A program made the translations under genes and the position numbers. A model generated the notes under the pieces. It made no database searches. It was not told where the DNA came from and saw only the letters and a program-made list of their open reading frames with translations. This document shows, piece after piece, positions 8,943-16,953 of a DNA stretch of 32,000 nt. The stretch comes from Candidatus Minimicrobia sp. QA0096 (GTDB lineage: Bacteria > Patescibacteriota > Saccharimonadia > Saccharimonadales > Saccharimonadaceae): contig NZ_OZ017288.1 in NCBI RefSeq assembly GCF_963967315.1, positions 480,001 through 512,000 on the forward strand, read 5' to 3'. Position 1 is the stretch's first letter. The number at the start of each line of letters is the position of its first letter.

Positions 8943-10050
8943 ATATCCTCCTCAATTCCTCAAAAGCATCATAAATATTATCTAATTTTCCGCCCATAAT
9001 ACAAATATATCCATCGTTGCCAAAGTCATTTCTGAACAATATCGGACGACTGTCATCGTCTTCACTCTTCACTAAAACCGTCTTCACTTCAACGATAGAT
9101 TCACGATATTTCATATTTTTCAAGGCTGGAATAAACCTCACAACATCATTATACATCTGCCTATAGTTTGATTTAAAGGGGCGATTTTTCAAATATTCAT
9201 GAGTTTTGATACGCTCGGCGCTAGTATTTTCATCATCAATCCACGATTCATGTGGCGTGTAACGAACGTGTGAAAGAGTATATAAATTCTTCGAAGGAAA
9301 TGGCATAATCGAGAAAAACGGACCATCCATCACTGTTATGCTAAAGTCCTTAAGCTGCTGAGGTAGCTCAACAAGACACATCTCGGTAATTTCATGTTTA
9401 AGTCCAACTAGCGGTAATCCAGATGCACGATGTAGCGTATTAATATTTGAGTAAGTACAGTTTAAAACAAAATCCGCTTCATAACTATCACGATCAGTAA
9501 CAACATTTATTTTACCCGCGCCGCCAGCAGGCAATTCAATTTTACTGACAGATTCTCCAGTATGAATACTAATGCCCTTATATTTATTAATGCGCTCTAC
9601 CAAAAGCTCTCTTAGCTTTCGTGAATTGAACGCGTATTCTTTAACCTTAAAAACCTCTTCAATCAACGACGGATTAAACATTTTTTCTATATCATGCGGA
9701 GCACGCTCAATTTCAGAACCAATCTTCTCGCAAAAATGTTCGAATTGCTTAGCGTTAACCTTTGAAAGATGCTTAGCAATTCCATAATATTTCTCAAAAT
9801 TAGATACTACAGCTGGACCGTATTCATCAACAAAAACTGGAAAGTTAACCGCTGAACGAAACCCAGTCAAAACGCTACGAGGATAATGATATCCATTATG
9901 GATGCGCGCCTGATTCACATAAGAGGCTCTATCCATCAACGCAGTTTCTTTCTCGATAATAATTATATTGTCTACACCAAGTTCTTCGTGCAGATATAGT
10001 GCTATCCTTAGCCCATAAAATCCACCGCCAATAATAACTGTACTATTCAT
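8920..10050 (-). CDS. FAD-dependent oxidoreductase (DAO/LhgO-like Rossmann flavoprotein)
   Basis: N-terminal VIIGGGFYGLRIALYL...IIIEK beta-alpha-beta FAD motif, followed by ASYVNQARIHNGYHY, which resembles the S-x-x-N-S-G-V-I-H-x-G-x-Y-Y signature of DAO-family enzymes. 376 aa. Confidence 0.7.
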   Translation of the reverse strand: MNSTVIIGGGFYGLRIALYLHEELGVDNIIIIEKETALMDRASYVNQARIHNGYHYPRSVLTGFRSAVNFPVFVDEYGPAVVSNFEKYYGIAKHLSKVNAKQFEHFCEKIGSEIERAPHDIEKMFNPSLIEEVFKVKEYAFNSRKLRELLVERINKYKGISIHTGESVSKIELPAGGAGKINVVTDRDSYEADFVLNCTYSNINTLHRASGLPLVGLKHEITEMCLVELPQQLKDFSITVMDGPFFSIMPFPSKNLYTLSHVRYTPHESWIDDENTSAERIKTHEYLKNRPFKSNYRQMYNDVVRFIPALKNMKYRESIVEVKTVLVKSEDDDSRPILFRNDFGNDGYICIMGGKLDNIYDAFEELRRIYGQEKAN

Positions 10051-11416
10051 ACTTCACCGTCCTTTTTACTACATAATCAGCCCACAACCCAATCAACATA
10101 TATACGAACAATAGTAGAGGTATGTAGAATATAATGCCGTTTATGTGAGCGTGCGGCAATGCGTGCCCCGGCATAAGAGCAAGCCAACAAAAAGCTCCAA
10201 TAACAGAGAAATTCATAGACCAAAGAAAAGGTCTGCTGTATTTCTTACTAATGATCTTTCTGGAGCTAAGAATAATCAAATACCCAAGAATAGTCCAGAA
10301 TAGAATAGACTGCACAAACTCGCCAAACATACCATTAATATGTACAGGCAAAGTAATTGCTGGAAGTAGCAAATAATTGACGACATTTACAATAATATAC
10401 TTATATGTTTTTCCGCTATTATTAGCCATATTGTCCAGATTCACTATTTGATTTATGAAGTTGTAAGTTTCAGGTCGTAAGATTTTAAAGTTACCGACGG
10501 CGTATGCCCTCATAGAACGTATACCAGAAATTCCCCTATCTGACGCCCTGGCGTTTATAGCACTCGCGGCTTTATCGGACGACCCGTAATAATCAGTAAG
10601 CGATATAAAGTTTACCCAATAAGCACCAAAAAACGCAACAACCGTAGCAGCAAACACGGGCACTGCTTGCTTCCAAAGATTAATGATTTTCACGTTTTTA
10701 TAAACTAATTCAAAGAATACTACAGGAACTAATACAGATATAGCGATTGTCGATACGTATTCATATCCATTTAGTAGCTTGAGGAACATAGCTACAGATT
10801 CAATAATGTAAAATAGCCAAAGTTTTTTTGATTTCTTAAAATATTGATAGCCAACAAAAGATATTACAAACGGAGCTATCAACAGCGGTTCTATCCAATA
10901 TATATTGCGAGCATACCCAGCAATCCAAGGGCTAAACGCCAACATTACGGTGAAAACAGAAGCAGTAATTCCGCCAAACAACGCTCTTATTTTTTGAACG
11001 ACTAGAGCTAGTAAAAAGGCAGTAAGCACAGCCAGGAATATAGATACTCTTTTGATGTAAGCTGGGATTTTGGAGGCATCATTCGGAGATAATCCAGCTA
11101 TAGCCCTCGCCTGTAAACCGTATTGAGATACATAAGGTTTTACCTGAGACGGATTACAATCTTGGCTCATCATTATCTTATTGTAATCTTTACTGTCGGC
11201 TGCTATTAACGGACCTTTATAATCATATTTATTTTTGCAATAAGCAGTTTTCTCTATTATGGCAGACGAATCTTTCTGAAAACCGTCAAACCAGCCGTTC
11301 CATAGTCCTGTTCCAAAAAAATTACCAATAAATGATATTGATAATATAAACCAGACTACAAAAAAGAAAACTACCCCAGGTTTATTCTTACTCCACTCTT
11401 TCATTACAAATATCAT
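10043..11416 (-). CDS. Polytopic integral membrane protein (possible GT-C/polymerase-like), first gene of the 11416->7124 operon
   Basis: Hydrophobic helices throughout. The ORF-track start at 11530 would overlap the divergent gene at 11465 and its promoter. The internal ATGs at 11416 or 11404 are more plausible, and 11404 sits 10 nt downstream of a TGcTATTAT box. Confidence 0.5.
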   Translation of the reverse strand: MIFVMKEWSKNKPGVVFFFVVWFILSISFIGNFFGTGLWNGWFDGFQKDSSAIIEKTAYCKNKYDYKGPLIAADSKDYNKIMMSQDCNPSQVKPYVSQYGLQARAIAGLSPNDASKIPAYIKRVSIFLAVLTAFLLALVVQKIRALFGGITASVFTVMLAFSPWIAGYARNIYWIEPLLIAPFVISFVGYQYFKKSKKLWLFYIIESVAMFLKLLNGYEYVSTIAISVLVPVVFFELVYKNVKIINLWKQAVPVFAATVVAFFGAYWVNFISLTDYYGSSDKAASAINARASDRGISGIRSMRAYAVGNFKILRPETYNFINQIVNLDNMANNSGKTYKYIIVNVVNYLLLPAITLPVHINGMFGEFVQSILFWTILGYLIILSSRKIISKKYSRPFLWSMNFSVIGAFCWLALMPGHALPHAHINGIIFYIPLLLFVYMLIGLWADYVVKRTVKYE

Positions 11417-11423
11417 AATAGCA
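11415..11423 (-). promoter_or_regulatory. Extended -10-like TGcTATTAT 10 nt upstream of the ATG at 11404
   Basis: The minus strand reads gTGcTATTATgatatttgtaATG. It lies back to back with the plus-strand -10 at 11452. Confidence 0.3.
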
Positions 11424-11451
11424 CAAAATAGACTAAAGAAGCTACCTAGTC

Positions 11452-11457
11452 TATAAT
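11452..11457 (+). promoter_or_regulatory. TATAAT 7 nt upstream of the ATG at 11465
   Basis: tagtcTATAATctgaattATG with no Shine-Dalgarno. Confidence 0.45.
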
Positions 11458-11464
11458 CTGAATT

Positions 11465-13615
11465 ATGAATAAGAAAGATTGTGTATTGTCTATTATTATA
11501 ACCGCCCACCGCGAGGGTCTTGTTGCGCATAAGACTATGAAATCAGTCGAGCGTGCTGTAAAAAAAATTGAGGAAGCGTCCATACCTTATGAAGTGATAG
11601 TTTCTATAGACAGAGGTGATGATCAAACTATTAATTATTTCGATAATTATACTGGTCTACCTATACACGTATATCAATGGGATCATGGAGATCTTTCAAG
11701 TTCGCGAAATAGTGCCATAAAAAAAGCGCATGGCCAATTTGTTTCTTTTATCGACGCCGATGACTTAATGAGTGAAAATTGGCTGCACGACAGCGTTCAA
11801 TTGCTATTAAAAAAACCTTACGGGAAATATGTTGCCCACAGCGCTTATACTATAGAATTCGAGGGCGCGGACTCTATTGTCCAAAAAACTGGCTGCACCA
11901 CTAAAGACCAAGATATCTTATTAAGCGTTCTATCTGGACGCTGGAATTCCGTTATCATCGCGCCGATTACGCTTCTTAAAAAATTCCCGTATGCACCAAA
12001 TAGCCCAGGATATGGATATGAAGATTGGTACTTAAGTTGTTGCTTGATTGAAAATGGCGTAAAAAACATTCTCATTCCACAAACAGCAATATTTGTACGT
12101 CGTAAATCATCAGGATCAGAGTGGGCGCGCCAAAAAGCTAGTCGATCATTACTGCACGCACATCCAATATTTAAGCCGTCCAATTTTCGCTCTATAGATA
12201 TCAACAAAATTCGCGTTCCTCAATCAGAGCAGCACCGTCAAACAAAAAACACAATCAAAGAATTAATCATACGATCGCGCATACCGTTAGGATTGATCCG
12301 CCGACCCCTGGCTATAATACGCCGTGGACGCAATGCATTACTAAAACGACCAGCACATTCACAAATTGCAGAATCTATACCAAAATGGCTGAAAACAGAA
12401 TGGAAAGCTCTTCACTCAATAGAAAAAGAAATTTTTCCACCATCACCACTACCAAGCACATACCACACAATCACCGACGACCATTATCGAGTTGGTCTTG
12501 CGTATTGGGAAATATGTAAGGAATTACGAAGTGATAGCTATGATTACGCTCTATTTGTACCCTGGCTTAAGAGAGGCGGCGCAGATTTATTTGCCGTCAA
12601 TTACGCAAACACCGCGGCTTCAATAGGAAAGAAAGTGCTCGTTATCTCCACTAATGAAGTTCCCGCTGACTATTCAGAATGGAGGTCGCAGCTAGATAAG
12701 AAAATAGATTTCTTACAATTTGGGACAATAACTCGGTTCTTTAGTATTGACCAAAAATACAGATTGCTTGAACAATTGATCGAAAACACCAATATTAAAA
12801 CTTTACATATTCTTAATTCTGAGCTAGCTTATGATTTTGTACGTGATCACGAAACATACATAAAAGCTACCAACAAGCGAATAATAGCTACTGCATATAG
12901 TCAGAGTACTGATGAGACGGGACGAATTTTTGGATTTTCACACAGTCACATACCGCAGGTATATCAACTTCTTGATTTAATTACGACAGACAACGAAGCA
13001 GTAAAATCTATGTGGGTCAATGAATATGCATACGATCCTCAAAAAATAGTCGTACATCATCAACCACTGACAAAAAATCATTATCCTGTAGTAGACAAAT
13101 TACCGAATAGTCGTAGAATATTATGGGCTTCTCGATTGGCGCCAGAAAAATTGCCTAAATTAGTATCGGAAATTGCAGATCTTCTTCCTGAAGACGTTCA
13201 TATAGATATGTACGGAGATCCTTCACCAGAGTTCCCTGCAAGTAGCCTACCGCCGCATCCACGTGTTCATTATATCGGTGGATTTAACGGAGTAGCATCT
13301 TTGCCGGCTGAAAAATATGACGCTTTTCTATATACCTCACTTTTTGATGGTATGCCAAATACGCCAGTCGAGATAGCTTTACGCGGACTACCAATAGTTG
13401 CAGCTAGAGTTGGCGGGCTTCCTGACTTTATAGGTGAAAACGGCTTCATAGTTGACGATATCACTAATCCAAAAGCATATGCGAAATGTATTAAGCAGAC
13501 TCTGGATGATATAAAATCATCGTTCCATAAAGCCAAAAACTTGCGGGAGAAAGCATCCCGCGAGTTCTCGGAAGATTCGTTTATGGATGAAGTTAAGGAT
13601 ATGTTCTCAAATTAA
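11465..13615 (+). CDS. Bifunctional glycosyltransferase: N-terminal GT2 domain fused to a C-terminal GT4/GT1-like GT-B domain
   Basis: N-terminus LSIIITAHREG...FVSFIDADDL (GT-A fold with DXD). C-terminus RILWASRLAPEK...SLFDGMPNTPVEIALRGLPIVAARVGG (GT-B EX7E-like). About 110 aa of basic linker lies between them. 716 aa. Confidence 0.8.
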   Translation: MNKKDCVLSIIITAHREGLVAHKTMKSVERAVKKIEEASIPYEVIVSIDRGDDQTINYFDNYTGLPIHVYQWDHGDLSSSRNSAIKKAHGQFVSFIDADDLMSENWLHDSVQLLLKKPYGKYVAHSAYTIEFEGADSIVQKTGCTTKDQDILLSVLSGRWNSVIIAPITLLKKFPYAPNSPGYGYEDWYLSCCLIENGVKNILIPQTAIFVRRKSSGSEWARQKASRSLLHAHPIFKPSNFRSIDINKIRVPQSEQHRQTKNTIKELIIRSRIPLGLIRRPLAIIRRGRNALLKRPAHSQIAESIPKWLKTEWKALHSIEKEIFPPSPLPSTYHTITDDHYRVGLAYWEICKELRSDSYDYALFVPWLKRGGADLFAVNYANTAASIGKKVLVISTNEVPADYSEWRSQLDKKIDFLQFGTITRFFSIDQKYRLLEQLIENTNIKTLHILNSELAYDFVRDHETYIKATNKRIIATAYSQSTDETGRIFGFSHSHIPQVYQLLDLITTDNEAVKSMWVNEYAYDPQKIVVHHQPLTKNHYPVVDKLPNSRRILWASRLAPEKLPKLVSEIADLLPEDVHIDMYGDPSPEFPASSLPPHPRVHYIGGFNGVASLPAEKYDAFLYTSLFDGMPNTPVEIALRGLPIVAARVGGLPDFIGENGFIVDDITNPKAYAKCIKQTLDDIKSSFHKAKNLREKASREFSEDSFMDEVKDMFSN

Positions 13616-16279
13616 TTAAGCAGAAACCCTCATCTCAGTCTTCACCACCTCTTGTCCAGTTTCGAGGGGTGGTGTTTTGTAGTCTTGCCACCTTCTACCG
13701 TCAAATGTAGAGAAATATGCGTTATATGTACCTACTGGGAATTGACGAGTTGCTTTGAATTCTAACTCTTGATTTGACTGAATTGTTGATGGAGAAAGAC
13801 ATCCTAGATCGTAGTTTTGCCCGCTTTGGTTACGTAGGATTAGACAAGTGTACTCACTGGTTGTTATTGGTTGATTAGAGGAGTTTTTTAGTTTGAATGT
13901 AGTTGTGACTGAATCGCCAGAGCGAGGGTTAGCACTAGAGAACGTTATACCTTGAGTGAGTGTTAAGCTAGGAAGAACTGTGAAGGTGGTGCGAGAAGAT
14001 TCCTTTCCTGTAAGTCCTGGAGGATAAGCTCCTTCACGCCATACTCCATTGTCATAAAGCGAAAAGAACGCTTCATATTCACCAGGTTCATTAAACGTAC
14101 GACTCAGAGAGAAGCTTGATTGGCTCTTAGGTGGAATTCCACTCGTAGGCAAACATCCTAAGTCATAGTTGCCACCCTGCCGCCTGCGAATGATATAGCA
14201 TAGCTGCTGATTATGATTAGACACGCTAGAGCTAAGATTCTCTAACTTGAAAGTACCTGTCAGTTGCTCACCGACATGTGCAGTAGTGCTACTAATTGAT
14301 AGTCCTTCAGAAAGAACGACGTCAGGAAGAACCCTCATCTCAGTCTTCACCACCTCTTGTCCAGTTTCGAGGGGTGGTGTTTTGTAGTCTTGCCACCTTC
14401 TACCGTCAAATGTAGAGAAATATGCGTTATATGTACCTACTGGGAATTGACGAGTTGCTTTGAATTCTAACTCTTGATTTGACTGAATTGTTGATGGAGA
14501 AAGACATCCTAGATCGTAGTTTTGCCCGCTTTGGTTACGTAGGATTAGACAAGTGTACTCACTGGTTGTTATTGGTTGATTAGAGGAGTTTTTTAGTTTG
14601 AATGTAGTTGTGACTGAATCGCCAGAGCGAGGGTTAGCACTAGAGAACGTTATACCTTGAGTGAGTGTTAAGCTAGGAAGAACTGTGAAGGTGGTGCGAT
14701 TGCCAGCACTGGCGTCCGTAGCTACAGGATACTGAGCTTCTGTCCACGTCCTACCACCGTCAAGAGTCCCGCTAATTCTTGCTCGATACAGCCCTTCTTC
14801 ACGCGGTAAAAACTCTTTGTTGTAATTGTATACAGCGCCTGGAGATAATTGATTAACTGTATCAAAGACAACATCAGCGTTCTTTCCACTTGGACTTGTT
14901 ATAGCTAAGCCAAAGTAACCAAGATCAACAGGTTTGGCACTATTATTTTTTACCTGAAAACCTACGTTAACTGATTGATTTTTATGAATGCGCGAAATCT
15001 GTGTCGTGACGGCAGAAACTACTGTTGGAGACGATTGAACAAATGCTGCAACTTCACGAACATTTCCCGCTGAAGATTCTGGATAATTGTCGCTCCACCC
15101 ACTACCATCACGATAATTACTGATCCAAAACTTATAATCACCTTCTTTATTCAATCTAGTTGACGCTCGATAAGTATATGATTGCCACGGCTCAAGAACA
15201 ACGCGCTGACTGCCAAAATCGTAATTATTCGAATTGCTATCCCGACCTGCAATTACCATCACACCTAAGTCACGACGCTGGTTAGTGGAATTGCGAATAG
15301 TGAAAGATGCTGTTATTTCCATATTCGTAAACAATTTTGATCCAATTTTCTCCGTCTTTATGGATAATGGCGAATCAATTTTGACAGAATTCAACGGAGA
15401 ACCGAACCACTCATTGAAGAACCTCCAGAAGTTTCGATTGCCATAAGCTCCACAATGTGCAGTTCCCGCACCAGCGTCCAAAGCCCCTTGATTCGGCTGA
15501 TATGGCGTGTAGTTATACAGACTCGCGGTCGCTTGGTTCTCAATATATACCCAACTTCCGCCACAAGCTGCATCTGGATTGTATTGGATGTAGTTGGTTC
15601 GACCCGCCTTGTAACGATATTCATTTGGCCTATTCGCATAAAGTCGTAGTTGGCGCGCAGCCATACGCAACTGGTTGTATAGTCCAGCATATTCACTTGA
15701 ACAATTTGCAGTATTTCCTGGACCGTTGTCTGGGCAAGCAAATCCCATAGCATATTTATATTGACTCTTTAAAGGCCACGAGTCAGTAAACAAAGACCCC
15801 TGTTCCTTCTTCAATATCACTAACATAACCTGTGGGTTAATGCCAAATTCTTTTGACACATTCCAAATAATTTGTGCAGTAGATAATCCACCACTAAACC
15901 AGCCGCCGCCTTTTTCAAATGAGGTTTCTTTAGTGTTTGGATTCTCGTGATAATTACGCAGGCAAGCATACGGCGGACCATGCCAGCCGCGGTTAACAGC
16001 ATATTGCGCTCGCGTACCGCCACCATATTCAGACCGTCCAGCTCCCCATGTGTCACAGGCAGGAGTATGGTCGTTTATAAAATTCTGGATATCTTGAACG
16101 CTAGCAAATGTATTTGTATCATAAAAAACATTATCATCGATAATCCTACCAGCATTCCAAGGAGATAGCGCTCCAGTCCTCGGCCAAAAAATAAACCCTA
16201 AGACAATAACACTCACCATAGCTAACGTGCAGCTGACATATTTTAATCTCGTCCACTTCGTACGTCTTATTTCAATCAC
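13616..16279 (-). CDS. Secreted, N-terminally anchored protein: Cys-rich lysozyme-like (putative peptidoglycan hydrolase) head plus five ~115-aa CARDB/Ig-like repeats
   Basis: TM/signal anchor LKYVSCTLAMVSVIVLGFIFWP. The head contains GINPQVMLVILKKEQGSLFT (resembling the catalytic-Glu region of lysozyme-like folds) and 6 Cys. The repeats carry a G-x-x-V-T-x-x-F-x-L-K-N-x-S pattern. GTG start overlaps the upstream stop (GTGA), with AAGGAGAG Shine-Dalgarno. The enzymatic call is inference. Confidence 0.55.
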   Translation of the reverse strand: MIEIRRTKWTRLKYVSCTLAMVSVIVLGFIFWPRTGALSPWNAGRIIDDNVFYDTNTFASVQDIQNFINDHTPACDTWGAGRSEYGGGTRAQYAVNRGWHGPPYACLRNYHENPNTKETSFEKGGGWFSGGLSTAQIIWNVSKEFGINPQVMLVILKKEQGSLFTDSWPLKSQYKYAMGFACPDNGPGNTANCSSEYAGLYNQLRMAARQLRLYANRPNEYRYKAGRTNYIQYNPDAACGGSWVYIENQATASLYNYTPYQPNQGALDAGAGTAHCGAYGNRNFWRFFNEWFGSPLNSVKIDSPLSIKTEKIGSKLFTNMEITASFTIRNSTNQRRDLGVMVIAGRDSNSNNYDFGSQRVVLEPWQSYTYRASTRLNKEGDYKFWISNYRDGSGWSDNYPESSAGNVREVAAFVQSSPTVVSAVTTQISRIHKNQSVNVGFQVKNNSAKPVDLGYFGLAITSPSGKNADVVFDTVNQLSPGAVYNYNKEFLPREEGLYRARISGTLDGGRTWTEAQYPVATDASAGNRTTFTVLPSLTLTQGITFSSANPRSGDSVTTTFKLKNSSNQPITTSEYTCLILRNQSGQNYDLGCLSPSTIQSNQELEFKATRQFPVGTYNAYFSTFDGRRWQDYKTPPLETGQEVVKTEMRVLPDVVLSEGLSISSTTAHVGEQLTGTFKLENLSSSVSNHNQQLCYIIRRRQGGNYDLGCLPTSGIPPKSQSSFSLSRTFNEPGEYEAFFSLYDNGVWREGAYPPGLTGKESSRTTFTVLPSLTLTQGITFSSANPRSGDSVTTTFKLKNSSNQPITTSEYTCLILRNQSGQNYDLGCLSPSTIQSNQELEFKATRQFPVGTYNAYFSTFDGRRWQDYKTPPLETGQEVVKTEMRVSA
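13625..13994. repeat. Copy 1 of a 370-bp perfect direct repeat (encodes the C-terminal 'A' domain of the 887-aa protein)
   Basis: I compared it base by base with 14330-14699 (offset 705 bp) and saw no mismatch. The flanks diverge immediately (gaagat vs ttgcca on one side). Confidence 0.9.
14330..14699. repeat. Copy 2 of the 370-bp perfect direct repeat (encodes the internal 'A' domain)
   Basis: Identical to 13625-13994. The two copies are separated by 335 bp encoding a related but strongly diverged 'B' domain. Confidence 0.9.
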
Positions 16280-16860
16280 CGCAAACTCTCCTTACGGAAT
16301 GACGGATTATTCGAAGACTCTCCTGTATACAATTTTGATGAATAACTCACCTTTACCGATATATCTACCCCTGATGGCAATTCCGACAATGGTATCTCAA
16401 TCATATGACAACTCGTCGAACTTGGACCAGCAAATGAACTAGATTTACGAGAAATACTTCCGCCAGCCCAATACAGTGTAAATTCACAACTACCGCCGTT
16501 CTCAACAATGGAGTTAACCCCTCCGTCAATCTGTAAATATTGCTTATCCGCACTCAATCCATATCCGCTTACAATTGGAACTACTGATTTTTTTGACCCT
16601 GACGACTGCTGATCTCCAGTATTAATTGGTTTATCAGGACTATATCCATCGCGTTTTTCTGGCTTCGCGCTGTTGTCATCAACTTTCTTAGAGTCTTCTT
16701 TTTTATCTGTAGACTCTTTTACTACGGGATTATTAGAATCAGTATTGTTTTGTTGCGGCTTATAAATATACGCAACTGTAGCACACGCCACTAAAGCCAA
16801 AGCCAGCGTAGAAGCAAGTATAATTCTAGTTTTTTTCTTCATTTTTTGTTTGATTTTCAC
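16276..16860 (-). CDS. Small N-terminally anchored (possibly lipoprotein-like) orphan protein with a charged low-complexity linker and a ~100-aa C-terminal domain
   Basis: KKKTRIILASTLALALVAC hydrophobic anchor with a Cys, then a K/D/S/N-rich linker. The C-terminal domain has 2 Cys. GTG start at 16860 (ATG alternative 18 nt downstream). The stop overlaps the start of the 887-aa gene. Confidence 0.5.
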   Translation of the reverse strand: MKIKQKMKKKTRIILASTLALALVACATVAYIYKPQQNNTDSNNPVVKESTDKKEDSKKVDDNSAKPEKRDGYSPDKPINTGDQQSSGSKKSVVPIVSGYGLSADKQYLQIDGGVNSIVENGGSCEFTLYWAGGSISRKSSSFAGPSSTSCHMIEIPLSELPSGVDISVKVSYSSKLYTGESSNNPSFRKESLR

Positions 16861-16937
16861 GATACAATCTCTCGTTTTATTTTATTGCTTATAATAATAA
16901 CATTTCGGTAATAAGATTTCAACGCCGCTATAAAAAA

Positions 16938-16946
16938 TGTTATAAT
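16938..16946 (+). promoter_or_regulatory. Extended -10 (TGtTATAAT) 7 nt upstream of the ATG at 16954
   Basis: aaaaaTGtTATAATatcacatATG with no Shine-Dalgarno. Confidence 0.5.
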
Positions 16947-16953
16947 ATCACAT

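Noticed and set aside
8920-10050. The flavoprotein as UDP-galactopyranose mutase (Glf), which is common in glycan loci and similar in size
   Set aside because: Beyond the N-terminal GxGxxG it lacks the Glf hallmarks I remember (the GGN-x-Y region and the YGPHIFHT-type motif). It instead shows a DAO/LhgO-like S-x-x-N-x-x-x-I-H-x-G-x-x-Y segment.
11417-11530. N-terminal extension of the polytopic membrane protein ORF (track start 11530)
   Set aside because: It would overlap the divergent gene starting at 11465 and its -10 box. The extension is not hydrophobic or conserved-looking. Internal ATGs at 11416 and 11404 precede the first TM helix, and 11404 fits a -10 box.
13625-14699. The long direct repeat as a CRISPR array, IS element or MITE pair
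   Set aside because: There are only two copies. They are 370 bp long, lie in frame inside one CDS and encode a folded-domain-sized unit homologous to the neighbouring repeats. There are no terminal inverted repeats and no transposase.
15234-16168. Several 60-120-aa ORFs in other frames or on the other strand within the 887-aa gene
   Set aside because: They are nested entirely within a long ORF that has coherent domain structure. They have no start signals and are typical frame shadows.
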